Positions 22,700 to 32,315 of a DNA stretch of 64,000 nt are shown in pieces. Position 1 is the stretch's first letter, and each line of letters opens with the position of its first letter. The stretch lies in assembly GCA_965206595.1 (NCBI GenBank), contig OZ242214.1, forward strand, positions 5,760,001 through 5,824,000. Direction: 5' to 3'. Below the pieces are notes generated by a model. That model was not told the origin of the DNA and did not search any database. It saw only the letters and a program-made list of their open reading frames with translations. Both the position numbers and the translations under genes were made by a program. The stretch is from Candidatus Latescibacterota bacterium (GTDB lineage: Bacteria > Latescibacterota > UBA2968 > UBA8231).

Positions 22700-24367
22700 A
22701 TGACTGAACACCTTCCCGCGCTGGCGCGCCTCTGTTTTCGCGTTCCCCCAGAGCGCATGTCCGAGTTCGAGAGCGCCTTCGAGAGCAGGCTGCTGCCGCG
22801 ACTGCAGGACCGCGGTCTCACCCCGGCAGCCGACCTCGGCCGCCCCACGGTTCCCGGGGTCTTTCACCGGCTGTTCCCCCTCGAGGAGACAGGGCAGATA
22901 ACACGGGTCAGCGTCGATCTTGAGGCGGACGCGGACTGGGCGGCGGCGCTCGATGAAATCGGGGGAGATCTCGGCGCGACGATTTCCTGCACCTTCCACA
23001 GCTATCTCGCCGCCGGCGTTCAGGGGCGCCGCGTCGATGTCGACGAATCGACCGAGGGCCGCTGGACGACCTACACCACCGCCAACCTCGTTTCCGGCGA
23101 CCTCGTCACCTGCATTCTGCGCGACAGCCGGCAGCGGTTCTGGTTTACGACCGCCCACGCCGGCACCACCATGTTCGACGGTAACCAGTGGCACGACTTC
23201 GGACCGGAGACTGGACTGCCTGTCGACCGCTGCTGGGCGCTGTTCGAAGGTAGCGAGGGAGAGATCTGGTTCGGCTCTCACCGCAGCGGGGTAACCCGGT
23301 TCGACGGCGACAGCTGGATGTCGTTCAGGCAGGAAGACGGCTTGCCCAGCAACAGCGTGATTTCCGGATACCAGGACGGACAGGGGAGGCTCTGGTTCGG
23401 ATCGGACGTGTCGGAAGCGGGAGAGGGACTCGCCTGCCTGAACGGGGATTCCTGGACCCTCGTAACCGTCGCCGACGGCCTTGCCGACAATCGCGTCAAG
23501 TGGATCACCCAGGACCGCGACAACCGCCACTGGGTCGGGACCGCCGGAGGGGTTTCGGTTTACGACGGATCGGGGTGGCAGACCTACGACACCGGGGACG
23601 GGCTCCCCGGAAACTGGGTCGAAACGATTCTGCAGGATCGCGAAGGAGATATGTGGGTCGCCACGGACCGCGGCCTCGCCCATTTCGACGGCGTCGAGTG
23701 GACGGGGTACACGGCCCAGGACGGGCTCCCCGGGAGCTGGGTGACCGCGGCCTTTCAGGACAGCCGCGACATTCTCTGGTTCGGAACCTTGAACGCCGGC
23801 GTCTGCTGTTTCGACGGGGAGACCTTCCAGACGCTTAATCACGAAGATGGCCTTTCCGGGGATGCTGTCTGGTGGATCTACGAGGACGAGACGGGGGACC
23901 TCTGGTTCGCGACCGACGGCGGGGTGTCGCGCTATCGCCCGCCGGAGCCGGATCCTCCGGCGGTGAAACTGAATGCGGTTACCGCCGACAGGCGCTACGA
24001 GCAGTTCGACGACCTGGTTCTTCCGGCGTCGGCCGACCTCGTCGCCTTCGAGTTCGACGGGGAGAGCCCGCACACCCGTCACAGCGGCCTGGTGTACCGG
24101 CACCGGCTCGTCGGCTGCGACGACGAGTGGCGCACCACGTACCGGCGCCGCGCCGAATACAGCTATATAGAGCCGGGCACCTACAAATTCCAGGTGCAGG
24201 TTGTAGACCAACTCCTCGACTACTCTCCCATCCTCGAGACCGAGTTCACAGTGCAGGACCCGCAGGGAGACCGCATCGGCGAACTCGAAGAAAGCGTAGA
24301 CGAGCTGTCGCGCCGGCTCGAGGAGGCGAACCGCAGGCTGCGGGACGCCGGTCTTCACCAAGCATAA
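22700..24367 (+). CDS. Two-component-regulator propeller repeat protein with Y_Y_Y domain and terminal coiled coil; no kinase
   Basis: Repeated DGLPxNxVxxIxQDxxGxxWxGT units; YRHRLVG...YSYIEPGTYKFQVQ; start reassigned to MTEHL. Confidence 0.85.
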   Translation: MTEHLPALARLCFRVPPERMSEFESAFESRLLPRLQDRGLTPAADLGRPTVPGVFHRLFPLEETGQITRVSVDLEADADWAAALDEIGGDLGATISCTFHSYLAAGVQGRRVDVDESTEGRWTTYTTANLVSGDLVTCILRDSRQRFWFTTAHAGTTMFDGNQWHDFGPETGLPVDRCWALFEGSEGEIWFGSHRSGVTRFDGDSWMSFRQEDGLPSNSVISGYQDGQGRLWFGSDVSEAGEGLACLNGDSWTLVTVADGLADNRVKWITQDRDNRHWVGTAGGVSVYDGSGWQTYDTGDGLPGNWVETILQDREGDMWVATDRGLAHFDGVEWTGYTAQDGLPGSWVTAAFQDSRDILWFGTLNAGVCCFDGETFQTLNHEDGLSGDAVWWIYEDETGDLWFATDGGVSRYRPPEPDPPAVKLNAVTADRRYEQFDDLVLPASADLVAFEFDGESPHTRHSGLVYRHRLVGCDDEWRTTYRRRAEYSYIEPGTYKFQVQVVDQLLDYSPILETEFTVQDPQGDRIGELEESVDELSRRLEEANRRLRDAGLHQA

Positions 24368-24400
24368 AAAAACCGGGCGCGCCGCTGCGACGCGCCCGGG
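24365..24400 (-). terminator. Rho-independent terminator on the minus strand
   Basis: Minus strand reads CCGGGCGCG-tcgcagcgg-CGCGCCCGG-TTTTTTT. Confidence 0.8.
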
Positions 24401-24661
24401 ATACCTCGGTAACCGGCGGGTAAGGCCGGTTCCGTCCAGGTGATCGACCACCTGGTGAATCCGAAGGTCAGGTGGTCGACCTCCTTAAGGGTATTCTACT
24501 ACTCACAGACCACCTCCTTTCTATTCGGCTCCGGGCCCTCGGCGCTTACCGGTGCCTTGAACCCGTGCTCGTTCATTTAGGCCGGCGCAGCGCTATCGGT
24601 TTTGAACAACCGGCCATTTGGCGAGATGCCAGAAACGGAAACGGCCTTCGTTTCCGTTGCC
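24365..24661 (-). ncRNA. Candidate structured small RNA (~295 nt) carrying a 12-codon ORF
   Basis: Bounded by a sigma70-like promoter and a terminator; about 6 hairpins; two strong SD motifs; no long ORF. Confidence 0.55.
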
Positions 24662-24667
24662 TTTCCA

Positions 24668-24697
24668 AATATAAACAGGGCGAAAAAACAGAGTCAA
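24668..24697 (-). promoter_or_regulatory. Sigma70-like promoter
   Basis: Minus strand TTGACT-N18-TATATT in an AT-rich patch. Confidence 0.65.
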
Positions 24698-24757
24698 CAG
24701 CTTTTTTGGCCCCCCGTCCCAGTGCCGCAATTCTCGCAACTCCAAGTCCTGCAATCG

Positions 24758-25648
24758 CTACTGGTTCAGCGAATCCATTGTTGTCGAGAGCCCGAGGGCG
24801 AGCTGCCGGCCAGCGGGGAAGTTCCTTCCCCCCAGACTCTGACGCACCGCCAGCTCGAGGAGCGCGTTCCCGGGAAGCGAAAAGGAAAGCGCCGGCGCCA
24901 GGTAGGTGATGCGCTTGATCTGCGTCCTGCTGGGAAAGCCGAAGTCCGTCCCCGTCCGGCCGCGCAGCATCTGCAGCTTGAGGGCAAGCCCGACCCTGTC
25001 CCCGACGTCTCCTCCCGCTTCGAGGTCGATCATCCACTCGTCCCCCGGGTCGCGGAGGATCTCCTCGTTTTCGGTGCGCACCCGATAGCCGACATCGGCG
25101 TTGGCGTACAGCGGCAGCGGCCAGAAGGAACGGCCGGCCTGCAGGGTGAAGTCGAAGTCCCACTGGCCTTCGCCCACCGGTATCAGGCCGTCCTCGTTGC
25201 GGAACTCCCCCGTCGGCATCTTCACCGCCGTCTTCACAGTGAAGACCGCGGGGGTTTGGAACGCCCGCCACTTCGCCAGCAGGCGCAGGTCGCTGAAGCC
25301 GCTGTCTCCCACCGGGTCGAGGTGGGTGGCGTCGTCGAACTGCTGGTCGAACCAAGGCACCTGAAAGCCGAGGTCGAGACGGTCGCTGGCGCCGAAAAAT
25401 CCCTCGGCGAACACCGCCATCGAGTCGTACTCCCCGTTGAAGCGATAGGGCCGCCGGCTCCCGGCCTCGTGCATCCGGCCCGTGAACTCCTGGGCGTTGA
25501 TGTACCATTCCCGGGCGTGCTGACGGAACCAGGTGATCTTGCCCCAGGCGCTGCCGGCGGGAAGGGTCCAGGCGCCGGCGCCGGCCGCGTCGGGAACGAG
25601 AATTTCCGCGACGGCGAACAAGGTCACTGCCCACTGCTTCCTATACAT
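24758..25648 (-). CDS. Putative outer-membrane beta-barrel (MetA-pathway-of-phenol-degradation/transporter-like)
   Basis: Signal peptide, AGAWTLPAG, GFSDLRLLAKW, KMPTG, alternating beta-strand pattern. Confidence 0.7.
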   Translation of the reverse strand: MYRKQWAVTLFAVAEILVPDAAGAGAWTLPAGSAWGKITWFRQHAREWYINAQEFTGRMHEAGSRRPYRFNGEYDSMAVFAEGFFGASDRLDLGFQVPWFDQQFDDATHLDPVGDSGFSDLRLLAKWRAFQTPAVFTVKTAVKMPTGEFRNEDGLIPVGEGQWDFDFTLQAGRSFWPLPLYANADVGYRVRTENEEILRDPGDEWMIDLEAGGDVGDRVGLALKLQMLRGRTGTDFGFPSRTQIKRITYLAPALSFSLPGNALLELAVRQSLGGRNFPAGRQLALGLSTTMDSLNQ

Positions 25649-25830
25649 GGATCCGCGACCTTTCCTGGTTTCGATTCTGCGACCCAAGCCCCACTGGAAA
25701 AAGCGGATTCGCCAATGCGTCATCGAGGCCTTTCCGCGGCCGGCGCCCGTGCCAAATTGCCCGACCTCGCAGGCACAGCGACTTTTTGATTGCGGACGCC
25801 GCACCCGGGAAACAACATACCTCCTTTGCC

Positions 25831-27129
25831 ATGCACCTGCTGACCCTCGGACTGAACCACGAAACCGCCCCTGTGGAGACGCGCGAGCAGCTCGCTTTTT
25901 CCCCGGCCGCCCAGACCGAGGTGATGCAGCGCCTCGTAGGCGACTACGGCATCGAGGAGGCCGCGGTGCTGTGCACCTGCAACCGCTCCGAGATTTACGC
26001 GGTCAGCGGCGACCTCCACGGCCTCGACGGGGTGCGCCGGTACCTGTCGAGCGAGCACGACGTCGACCTCAGAGAGCTCTCCCCCTGTCTCTACGAGTTC
26101 GCCGACGCCGATGCCGCCATGCACCTGTTCCGGGTCGCCTGCGGCATCGACTCCCTGGTCACCGGGGAGTCGCAGATCCTCGGACAGGTGCGCGAGGCCC
26201 TGGAGCGGGCGCAGCAGACGCGCACGGCGCGGCGGTTCATCAACGAGGTGTTCCAGCGTGCCCTGAGGGCGGGGAAGCGGGCGCGGAGCGAAACCGACAT
26301 CGGGCGCGGCCGCCTGTCGGTCAGCAGCGCCGCGGTCGAGCTCGCGGGGCAGATCTTCGACCGCCTCGAGGGCCGTTCGGCGCTGCTCCTCGGGGCCGGC
26401 GAGATGATCGAGCTCACCGCCCGCTACCTCGTCAACAGCGGCATCGAGCGCTTCCTGGTCGCCAACAGGACCTTCGAACGGGCACGGGAGCTGGCGCGTC
26501 GCTTCGGCGGCGAGGCGGTGCCGTTCACCGACTTCGGCGAGCGCCTCGAGCAGGTCGACATCGTCATAACCTCGACCGCGGCTCCCGGTTTCGTCATCTC
26601 GCCGGAGATGATCGACGAGGCGATGCACCGCCGGCGCGGGCGGCCGCTGTTCCTGATCGACATCGCCGTGCCGCGCGACGTCGACCCGGCCGTGCGCGAC
26701 GTCGACAACCTCTTTCTGTTCGACATCGACGACCTCGAGGAGGTCGTCAGGGCCAACCGCCGTGAGCGCGAGCAGGAGATCTGCCAGGTGCAGGAGGTCA
26801 TCGACAGCGAGCACCGCGAGTTTGTGCACTGGCTCAACGCCCTGGAAACCGGCCCCCTGGTCAAGTCGCTGCGGCGCCACGCCGACGACCTGCGCCGCCA
26901 GGAGCTCGACCGCTGGATGGCCAAGCTTTCCCACCTTTCCGACGAGGACCGCGAAACCGTGGAGGCGGCCATGCGCGGTTACGCCAACAAGCTGCTTCAT
27001 CACCCCCTGGTGGAGATCCGCAACCTCGCCGGCGAGGAGGACGGGTACGTCCGTCTCGAGACCGTGCGGCGCCTGTTTGGGCTCGACCGCATAGGGGAGG
27101 AGGACCCCGGCGGAGGGAAGGACCCGTGA
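25831..27129 (+). CDS. hemA: Glutamyl-tRNA reductase
   Basis: GLNHETAPVETRE, LCTCNRSEIY, GESQILGQV, GAGEM, DIAVPRDV. Confidence 0.96.
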   Translation: MHLLTLGLNHETAPVETREQLAFSPAAQTEVMQRLVGDYGIEEAAVLCTCNRSEIYAVSGDLHGLDGVRRYLSSEHDVDLRELSPCLYEFADADAAMHLFRVACGIDSLVTGESQILGQVREALERAQQTRTARRFINEVFQRALRAGKRARSETDIGRGRLSVSSAAVELAGQIFDRLEGRSALLLGAGEMIELTARYLVNSGIERFLVANRTFERARELARRFGGEAVPFTDFGERLEQVDIVITSTAAPGFVISPEMIDEAMHRRRGRPLFLIDIAVPRDVDPAVRDVDNLFLFDIDDLEEVVRANRREREQEICQVQEVIDSEHREFVHWLNALETGPLVKSLRRHADDLRRQELDRWMAKLSHLSDEDRETVEAAMRGYANKLLHHPLVEIRNLAGEEDGYVRLETVRRLFGLDRIGEEDPGGGKDP

Positions 27130-27944
27130 CCGCGGCCTGCCTCCTTTTTCTCGGGGTGTCGCTCTGTTGTTATCTGGCCGCGGCCTTCCTGTATCACGTC
27201 CGGCTGTTCTTCAACAAGCCGCACCTGGACCGCTGGGGGCGAAATGGGTTGCTGTTGGGGGTGGCCGTCCACGCCGTGGGGGTGATCCTCCACCTGCTCC
27301 TGTCGGGACAGCCCCCCTTTTCCAGCATGCTGCTGCTGGTCTCGCTGCTGATTATCCCTTTCGTGGGAGCCGGCCTCGCCATCGAGGAGTTCACGCGCGT
27401 TCGCCACCTTGGCCTGCTGCTGGCGCCGCTGGCCTTTCTCGGCCTGCTCTACCCGCTGCTGATGCCTGTGCAATTCGACGAGGCCGAGTCGATGCTCCTG
27501 CGCTTCCCCTGGCTCGGCGTGCACGTCCTCGTCACCCTGCTGGGGGACGCCGGCTTCGCGCTCGCCTTCTGCACCGCGGCGTCCTACCTCATCCAGTCCC
27601 GGCAGTTGAAGAGGGGCCGCCTCAATCGCTATCTGCCGGCCCTGGACACCGCAGGACGGATCACCGACTACGCGGTGGGATACGGCTTCTTCCTGTTTTC
27701 GGCAGGGCTCGCGATGGGCTTGGTCTGGCTGCTCGGGGCGCCGGGGGAATTCCTCGGGCGGGGGGACCCGAAGGTCCTGATGGCCGTGCCGACCTGGCTC
27801 GCGTACGCCGCCTACCTGTACCTGCGCGGCGTCCGCGGCGAGTACGGGAGCCGCCTGAAGTGGCTGGTGATCGCCGGGTTTCTGTTCGTCGTCGCCAATC
27901 TGCTCGGCGTGCGCCACGACTTCGCGGTGAACGCGGCTCTCTAA
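27126..27944 (+). CDS. ccsA: Cytochrome c assembly protein, CcsA/HemX family membrane protein
   Basis: Multi-TM; WLGVHV, YLIQSRQLKRG, LPALDT, DPKVL; overlaps the hemA stop. Confidence 0.8.
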   Translation: MTAACLLFLGVSLCCYLAAAFLYHVRLFFNKPHLDRWGRNGLLLGVAVHAVGVILHLLLSGQPPFSSMLLLVSLLIIPFVGAGLAIEEFTRVRHLGLLLAPLAFLGLLYPLLMPVQFDEAESMLLRFPWLGVHVLVTLLGDAGFALAFCTAASYLIQSRQLKRGRLNRYLPALDTAGRITDYAVGYGFFLFSAGLAMGLVWLLGAPGEFLGRGDPKVLMAVPTWLAYAAYLYLRGVRGEYGSRLKWLVIAGFLFVVANLLGVRHDFAVNAAL

Positions 27945-27991
27945 GGGGTTCCCGGGGCCGGTCCCTGGCCCCGAGCTGCCGAAAGTTCTTA

Positions 27992-28138
27992 TCCCACGAA
28001 ATAACGGATCGGCGTCCGAAATACCGTTGGTCTCCGATATTTCGTGGGACAGTTTTTCCCGCGAACGGCGCGAGATGTTTCGCAATCCGTTGTAAATGAT
28101 ACATATAGAAGATCGGACTGGAACGGCACGGGAGTTGC
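27992..28138 (+). promoter_or_regulatory. Sigma54 (-24/-12) promoter with upstream palindromic activator sites
   Basis: CGGCACG-GGAG-TTGC at 28124-28138; TCCCACGAAATA (27992) / TATTTCGTGGGA (28038) inverted pair and CCGAAATA motifs. Confidence 0.65.
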
Positions 28139-28446
28139 GAATTGCCGGAAACCGTCGCTGGTGAACACCGCTGTGCAGGAGGCTGCCCTTCCCTCGGCCC
28201 GGGGGCGGACCGTGTATCCCCAGAAAATCCGAATGCACGGAACGACCCATGTCCGGCTGCGGACTGCGGTTGCTCCCTTGATTTCCCGCCCACCCAATCT
28301 GCCACTGGAGACCGAATGAGAACCGTCGCACCGTTTCGTCAATCACCCCCGGGGCTCCCAGGGCGAGCGTCCAGCCTCGGGAGATTGCCGCAAGCCGGCT
28401 GCCGGAAGGAGGTGGAACCGCGGGAAAAACGGCGGCCGGGGCTGGC

Positions 28447-30258
28447 GTGGTATTCGTGAGACAGGACATCCGGCTTTCCGTTGCCCTTCTGGCGACGGGC
28501 CTCGCCGGGGCCGCCGGCGCCAGCCCCCTGCACGTCCTGGAGGCCGAGCGCTTCGCGACCCCGCCAGTACTTGACGGCGAGTTCACGGACTGGAGAGGCG
28601 CACACTGGACCCGGTTCTATCCGGGCGCCCCCCAGATGTCCGGTCGGGCGTTGAACTGGTTGAAGGACGACGGACTGTCCGAACCACCCGGCACCGCCGC
28701 GACCGCGGCCGACCTGTCGGGCAGCTTCTCGATCCGCTGGGACGACGACTGGATCTACCTCGCCGCCGATGTAACCGACAACGTCCACGACGTCTCCGGC
28801 GGCACCAGCCTGACCTGGTACCTGAAGGACGCGGTAGCCCTGTACCTCGACGTTCCCGACGACGGCGACGGCGGCGGGTGGGTACTGGGGGACCACGCCT
28901 TCGCCTTCGTCGCCGAGCCTTCCGGTCCCGGGGACGGCCGCTGGTGGCGGCGCGGCGAAGCCAAAGGGAGCGAGGAGTCGCAGGCCCCCCCGGAGACCCG
29001 GCTGGCGGTCGTCCTCAGTGAGACCGGATACCGGATCGAGGCCGCTATCCCGATGGCGCCCCTGACGGAACGCACCCCGGAATGGCGCCCCCCGTTTGCC
29101 GGGCGCTCGGCCGGCTTCTTCCTGCTCGCCGCGGACCCGGACGGGGGTGCGGAGGAGGTCAGCCAGATCCTGTACGGCGGAGACGACGACAACGACGCCA
29201 ACTGGGCGACCCTGCGGTTCGTCGAGGCGTGCGGCCCTTCCCCAGGGAGCACCGGTCCCGGACCCGTGCTCGGGCGCCTGGTCGTTCCCTTGTCTCCGGA
29301 ACGCGCAGGAGAGTTCACGGCATTCGATGCCGCCCTGCTTCCTCTTCTCGAAGGGCACGGCTTTCAGGCCGTGGAGCCCCCGCTGTCCGCCAGCGTGGAT
29401 CCATGGCATACGCGTTTCTTTACGGCTCCCGGTACCACCCTGCTGCGGCAGTGGTGGGCGGACGTCGAGACCGATCCGGCATGGATCGCCGCGAAGGTCG
29501 CCCTGGCACCCTATGGCCCTCGCGGGGATGGGGCGGATCCATCCATTGCCCCGCGGGGGCTGACCGCTTCGATGGAGCTCTACTCCTCTCCCGCGGGGGA
29601 GGGGGTCGCGAAGGAGCTGGGACCCGGAAAACCTCGTAATATCGAGCCGGTCACCGCGCGCGCCGGCGCCGGCTTGCGCACCGGAAACTGGTGGAATCTC
29701 GGGGTGCCGGACGGGGTGCCGCCGACCGTGGACATCCTTCAGGATGAAGAGGGCGCCCTGTGGCTGGCGACCTATCTCGGCGTCCACCGCTTCGACGGCG
29801 TCCATGTCACCAGCTACGAGGTGTCGAAAGGACCCTTGGACGAGTTCGTTCAGGCGATTCATCGCGACCGGGAGGGAAATCTCTGGGTGGCGCGCGGCAG
29901 GGCGATCTCCAATGGAAAGGGGGGCGGGCTCAGCCGCTTCGACGGGTCGCGCTGGCGCGACTTCGATGTCGAGGACGGCCTGTCACACAACTACAATACG
30001 GCGATTGCCGAGGACGCGGCCGGCCGCCTGTGGTTCGCGACCGGCCGGGCGTCAGTTGCCTCGAAGGGAACCGCCTGACCAGCTATACCCCGGAACATGG
30101 ATTGCCCGCCCCCGTAGTGCTCGATCTGCTGGGGACGAGGGACGGGGCGGTGTGGTTCGCGACCAACAGCGGGGTGTCCAGCTTCGACGGCGCCGCTTTC
30201 ACCAACTACACGGATGCCGACGGCCTGCCGGGCGGCCGTATCCTCGCCCTCGGGGATG
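28447..30258 (+). pseudogene. Secreted CBM9-like sugar-binding domain + propeller sensor, frameshifted and truncated
   Basis: PVLDGEFTDW, WDDDWIYLAADVTD, GYRIEAAIP, then propeller repeats; frameshift near 30045; ends abruptly at ~30258. Confidence 0.7.
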
Positions 30259-31834
30259 GTCCTGGTGGTCGACGACACCCCGGCCAACCTCGAGGTTCTG
30301 GTGAGTGCCCTGTCGAATGCGGACTTCGGGGTGCTCGTCGCCACCAACGGCAGCGAAGCCCTGGAGCGCACCCGGCAGGATGAGGTCGACCTCATCCTGC
30401 TCGACGTGATGATGCCGGGGATCGACAGCTTCGAGACCTGCGCCAGGCTGAAACAGGACCCCCGCACCCGCGACATCCCCGTCATCTTCATGACCGCTCT
30501 CTCCGATACCGCCGACAAGGTCAGGGGATTCGCCGCCGGCGCCGTCGACTACGTCACCAAGCCGATCCGGCACGAGGAAGTGCTGGCCCGCGTCGAGACC
30601 CACCTCTCTTTGCGCCGGTTGCAGCGGGAGCTCGAGGAGGGGAACCGGAGGCTGAGCGCCGAGGTGGAGGAACGCCGCAAGGCGCAGGCCGCCCTCAGGG
30701 AGCTCAACGTGTCGCTGGAACAGCGGGTCGCCGAGCGCACCGCCGAGCTCGAGGCCGCCCTCGCGGAAGTGGAGCGGCTCAGGAACAGGCTCGAGGTCGA
30801 GAACCAGTACCTGCAGGAAGAGATCGGCCTCTCCCACGATTTCCAGGGGATCATCAGCCACAGCGAGCTTCCGCAGGGTGCTGTCCGAAGTGGAGCAGGT
30901 CGCCGACACCGGCGCCACCGTGCTCATCCTGGGGGAGACCGGAACCGGTAAGGAGCTGCTGGCGCGCGCCGTCCACGACATCAGCGGCGCCGCGAGCGCC
31001 CGTTGGTCAAGGTGAACTGCGCCGCCCTGGCCGAGAACCTGATCGAGAGCGAGCTCTTCGGGCACGAGAAGGGGGCCTTCACCGGGGCGGTTGCCCGCAA
31101 GGTCGGGCGCTTCGAGCTGGCCGACCGCGGCACCCTCTTTCTCGACGAGGTCGGGGAGCTGCCCCTCGACCTGCAGGCCAAGATGCTGCGAGTCCTTCAG
31201 GAAGGGGAGTTCGAGTGCCTCGGCGGCACCGAGACCCTCAGGGTCGACGTGCGCGTCATCGCCGCTACCAATCGCGACCTGCAGGGCGACGTCGAGGAGG
31301 GCCGCTTTCGCCAGGACCTGTACTACCGGCTCAACGTCTTTCCGATACGCAGCCTGCCGCTGCGCGAGCGCAAGGAGGACATCCCCCTGCTGGTCCGGCA
31401 TTTCGTCGGGAAATTTTCGGGCGAGACCGGCAGGCAGGTGGACTCGGTCCCCTCCGACGTGATGGAGCGGCTGATGGCCTACTACTGGCCCGGCAACGTG
31501 CGCGAGCTGGAGAACGTCGTCGAGCGGGCGCTCATCGTCAGCCGCGGCGGCCGTCTGCAGCTGGGGGACTGGTTCGCACCCGGCAAGCCGGAGCCGCTAC
31601 CCGGCGCCGCAACCCCCGCAGCGCCCGGAGGGATCGCACCCTCGACCGGGGGGGAGGTGGCGACCTCGGAGGAGAACGAGCGCCGCCACATTCTCGAGGT
31701 GCTGGAGCGGACCGGGTGGCGCATTCGCGGCGCCGGCGGGGCCGCCGAAAGGCTCGCCGTCAAGCCGACTGACCCTCGAGTCCCGCATGAAAAAGCTGAA
31801 CATCGCGCGAAGACCCGCCGGGCCCACGGAATAG
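30256..31834 (+). pseudogene. Receiver + sigma54 AAA+ activator (FhlA/NtrC-like) + Fis HTH, three frameshifts
   Basis: VLVVDDTPAN, LDVMMP, KP; [11 protein letters not shown] (off-frame); [34 protein letters not shown]; TLESRMKKL (off-frame). Confidence 0.85.
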
Positions 31835-32008
31835 CGGATTCGGCAGTCCGAAATATCGGGGCCTCCGGTATTTCGCGTTTCCTCTCTGAACTGCCACACT
31901 ATCACTTGCGGTGCCTCTGAAAATGGGGTATTGATGATGTCGACCAAGACATTTATCGACCCCTTCCAGGAGGACACCGCAAGTGAAGTGTAGCAAACAA
32001 GCCATTTC

Positions 32009-32315
32009 ATCAGCGTGATCGAACTATACGTTACCCCGTTCGACAGCTGGGAAGGCTGGGACTACCCAGGACAAATGGAAATCAGCGAGTTGGCCGTCGG
32101 CAAAGTCATCGGCTTCGGAATTATAGTATACGACTACGACACTTCCGGTGAACGGGAGTGGTGGACCCCTGAACCGATGGCCTGGCAACGCGCCTGGCGG
32201 AGAGACGCAGATGGATTACTCGACGGTCTCCTGCTGGGTCCCGATTTGTCGGGACCCGGAAACAGTGCGGTCGAGTCGGTCTCCTGGGCGCGGATCAAGG
32301 CCTCCCTGGAGGTGA
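32009..32315 (+). pseudogene. C-terminal fragment of a lineage-specific secreted protein (ends AVESVSWARIKASL)
   Basis: Begins at ISVIELYVTPFD, the motif also present at the end of 33926-34762. Confidence 0.6.

Noticed and set aside
24365-24661. 6S RNA, tmRNA, SRP or RNase P identity for the structured RNA
   Set aside because: No 5'-3' long rod, no tRNA-like CCA end or tag peptide, no SRP loop motif and no GAGGAAAGUCC. Still needs cmscan.
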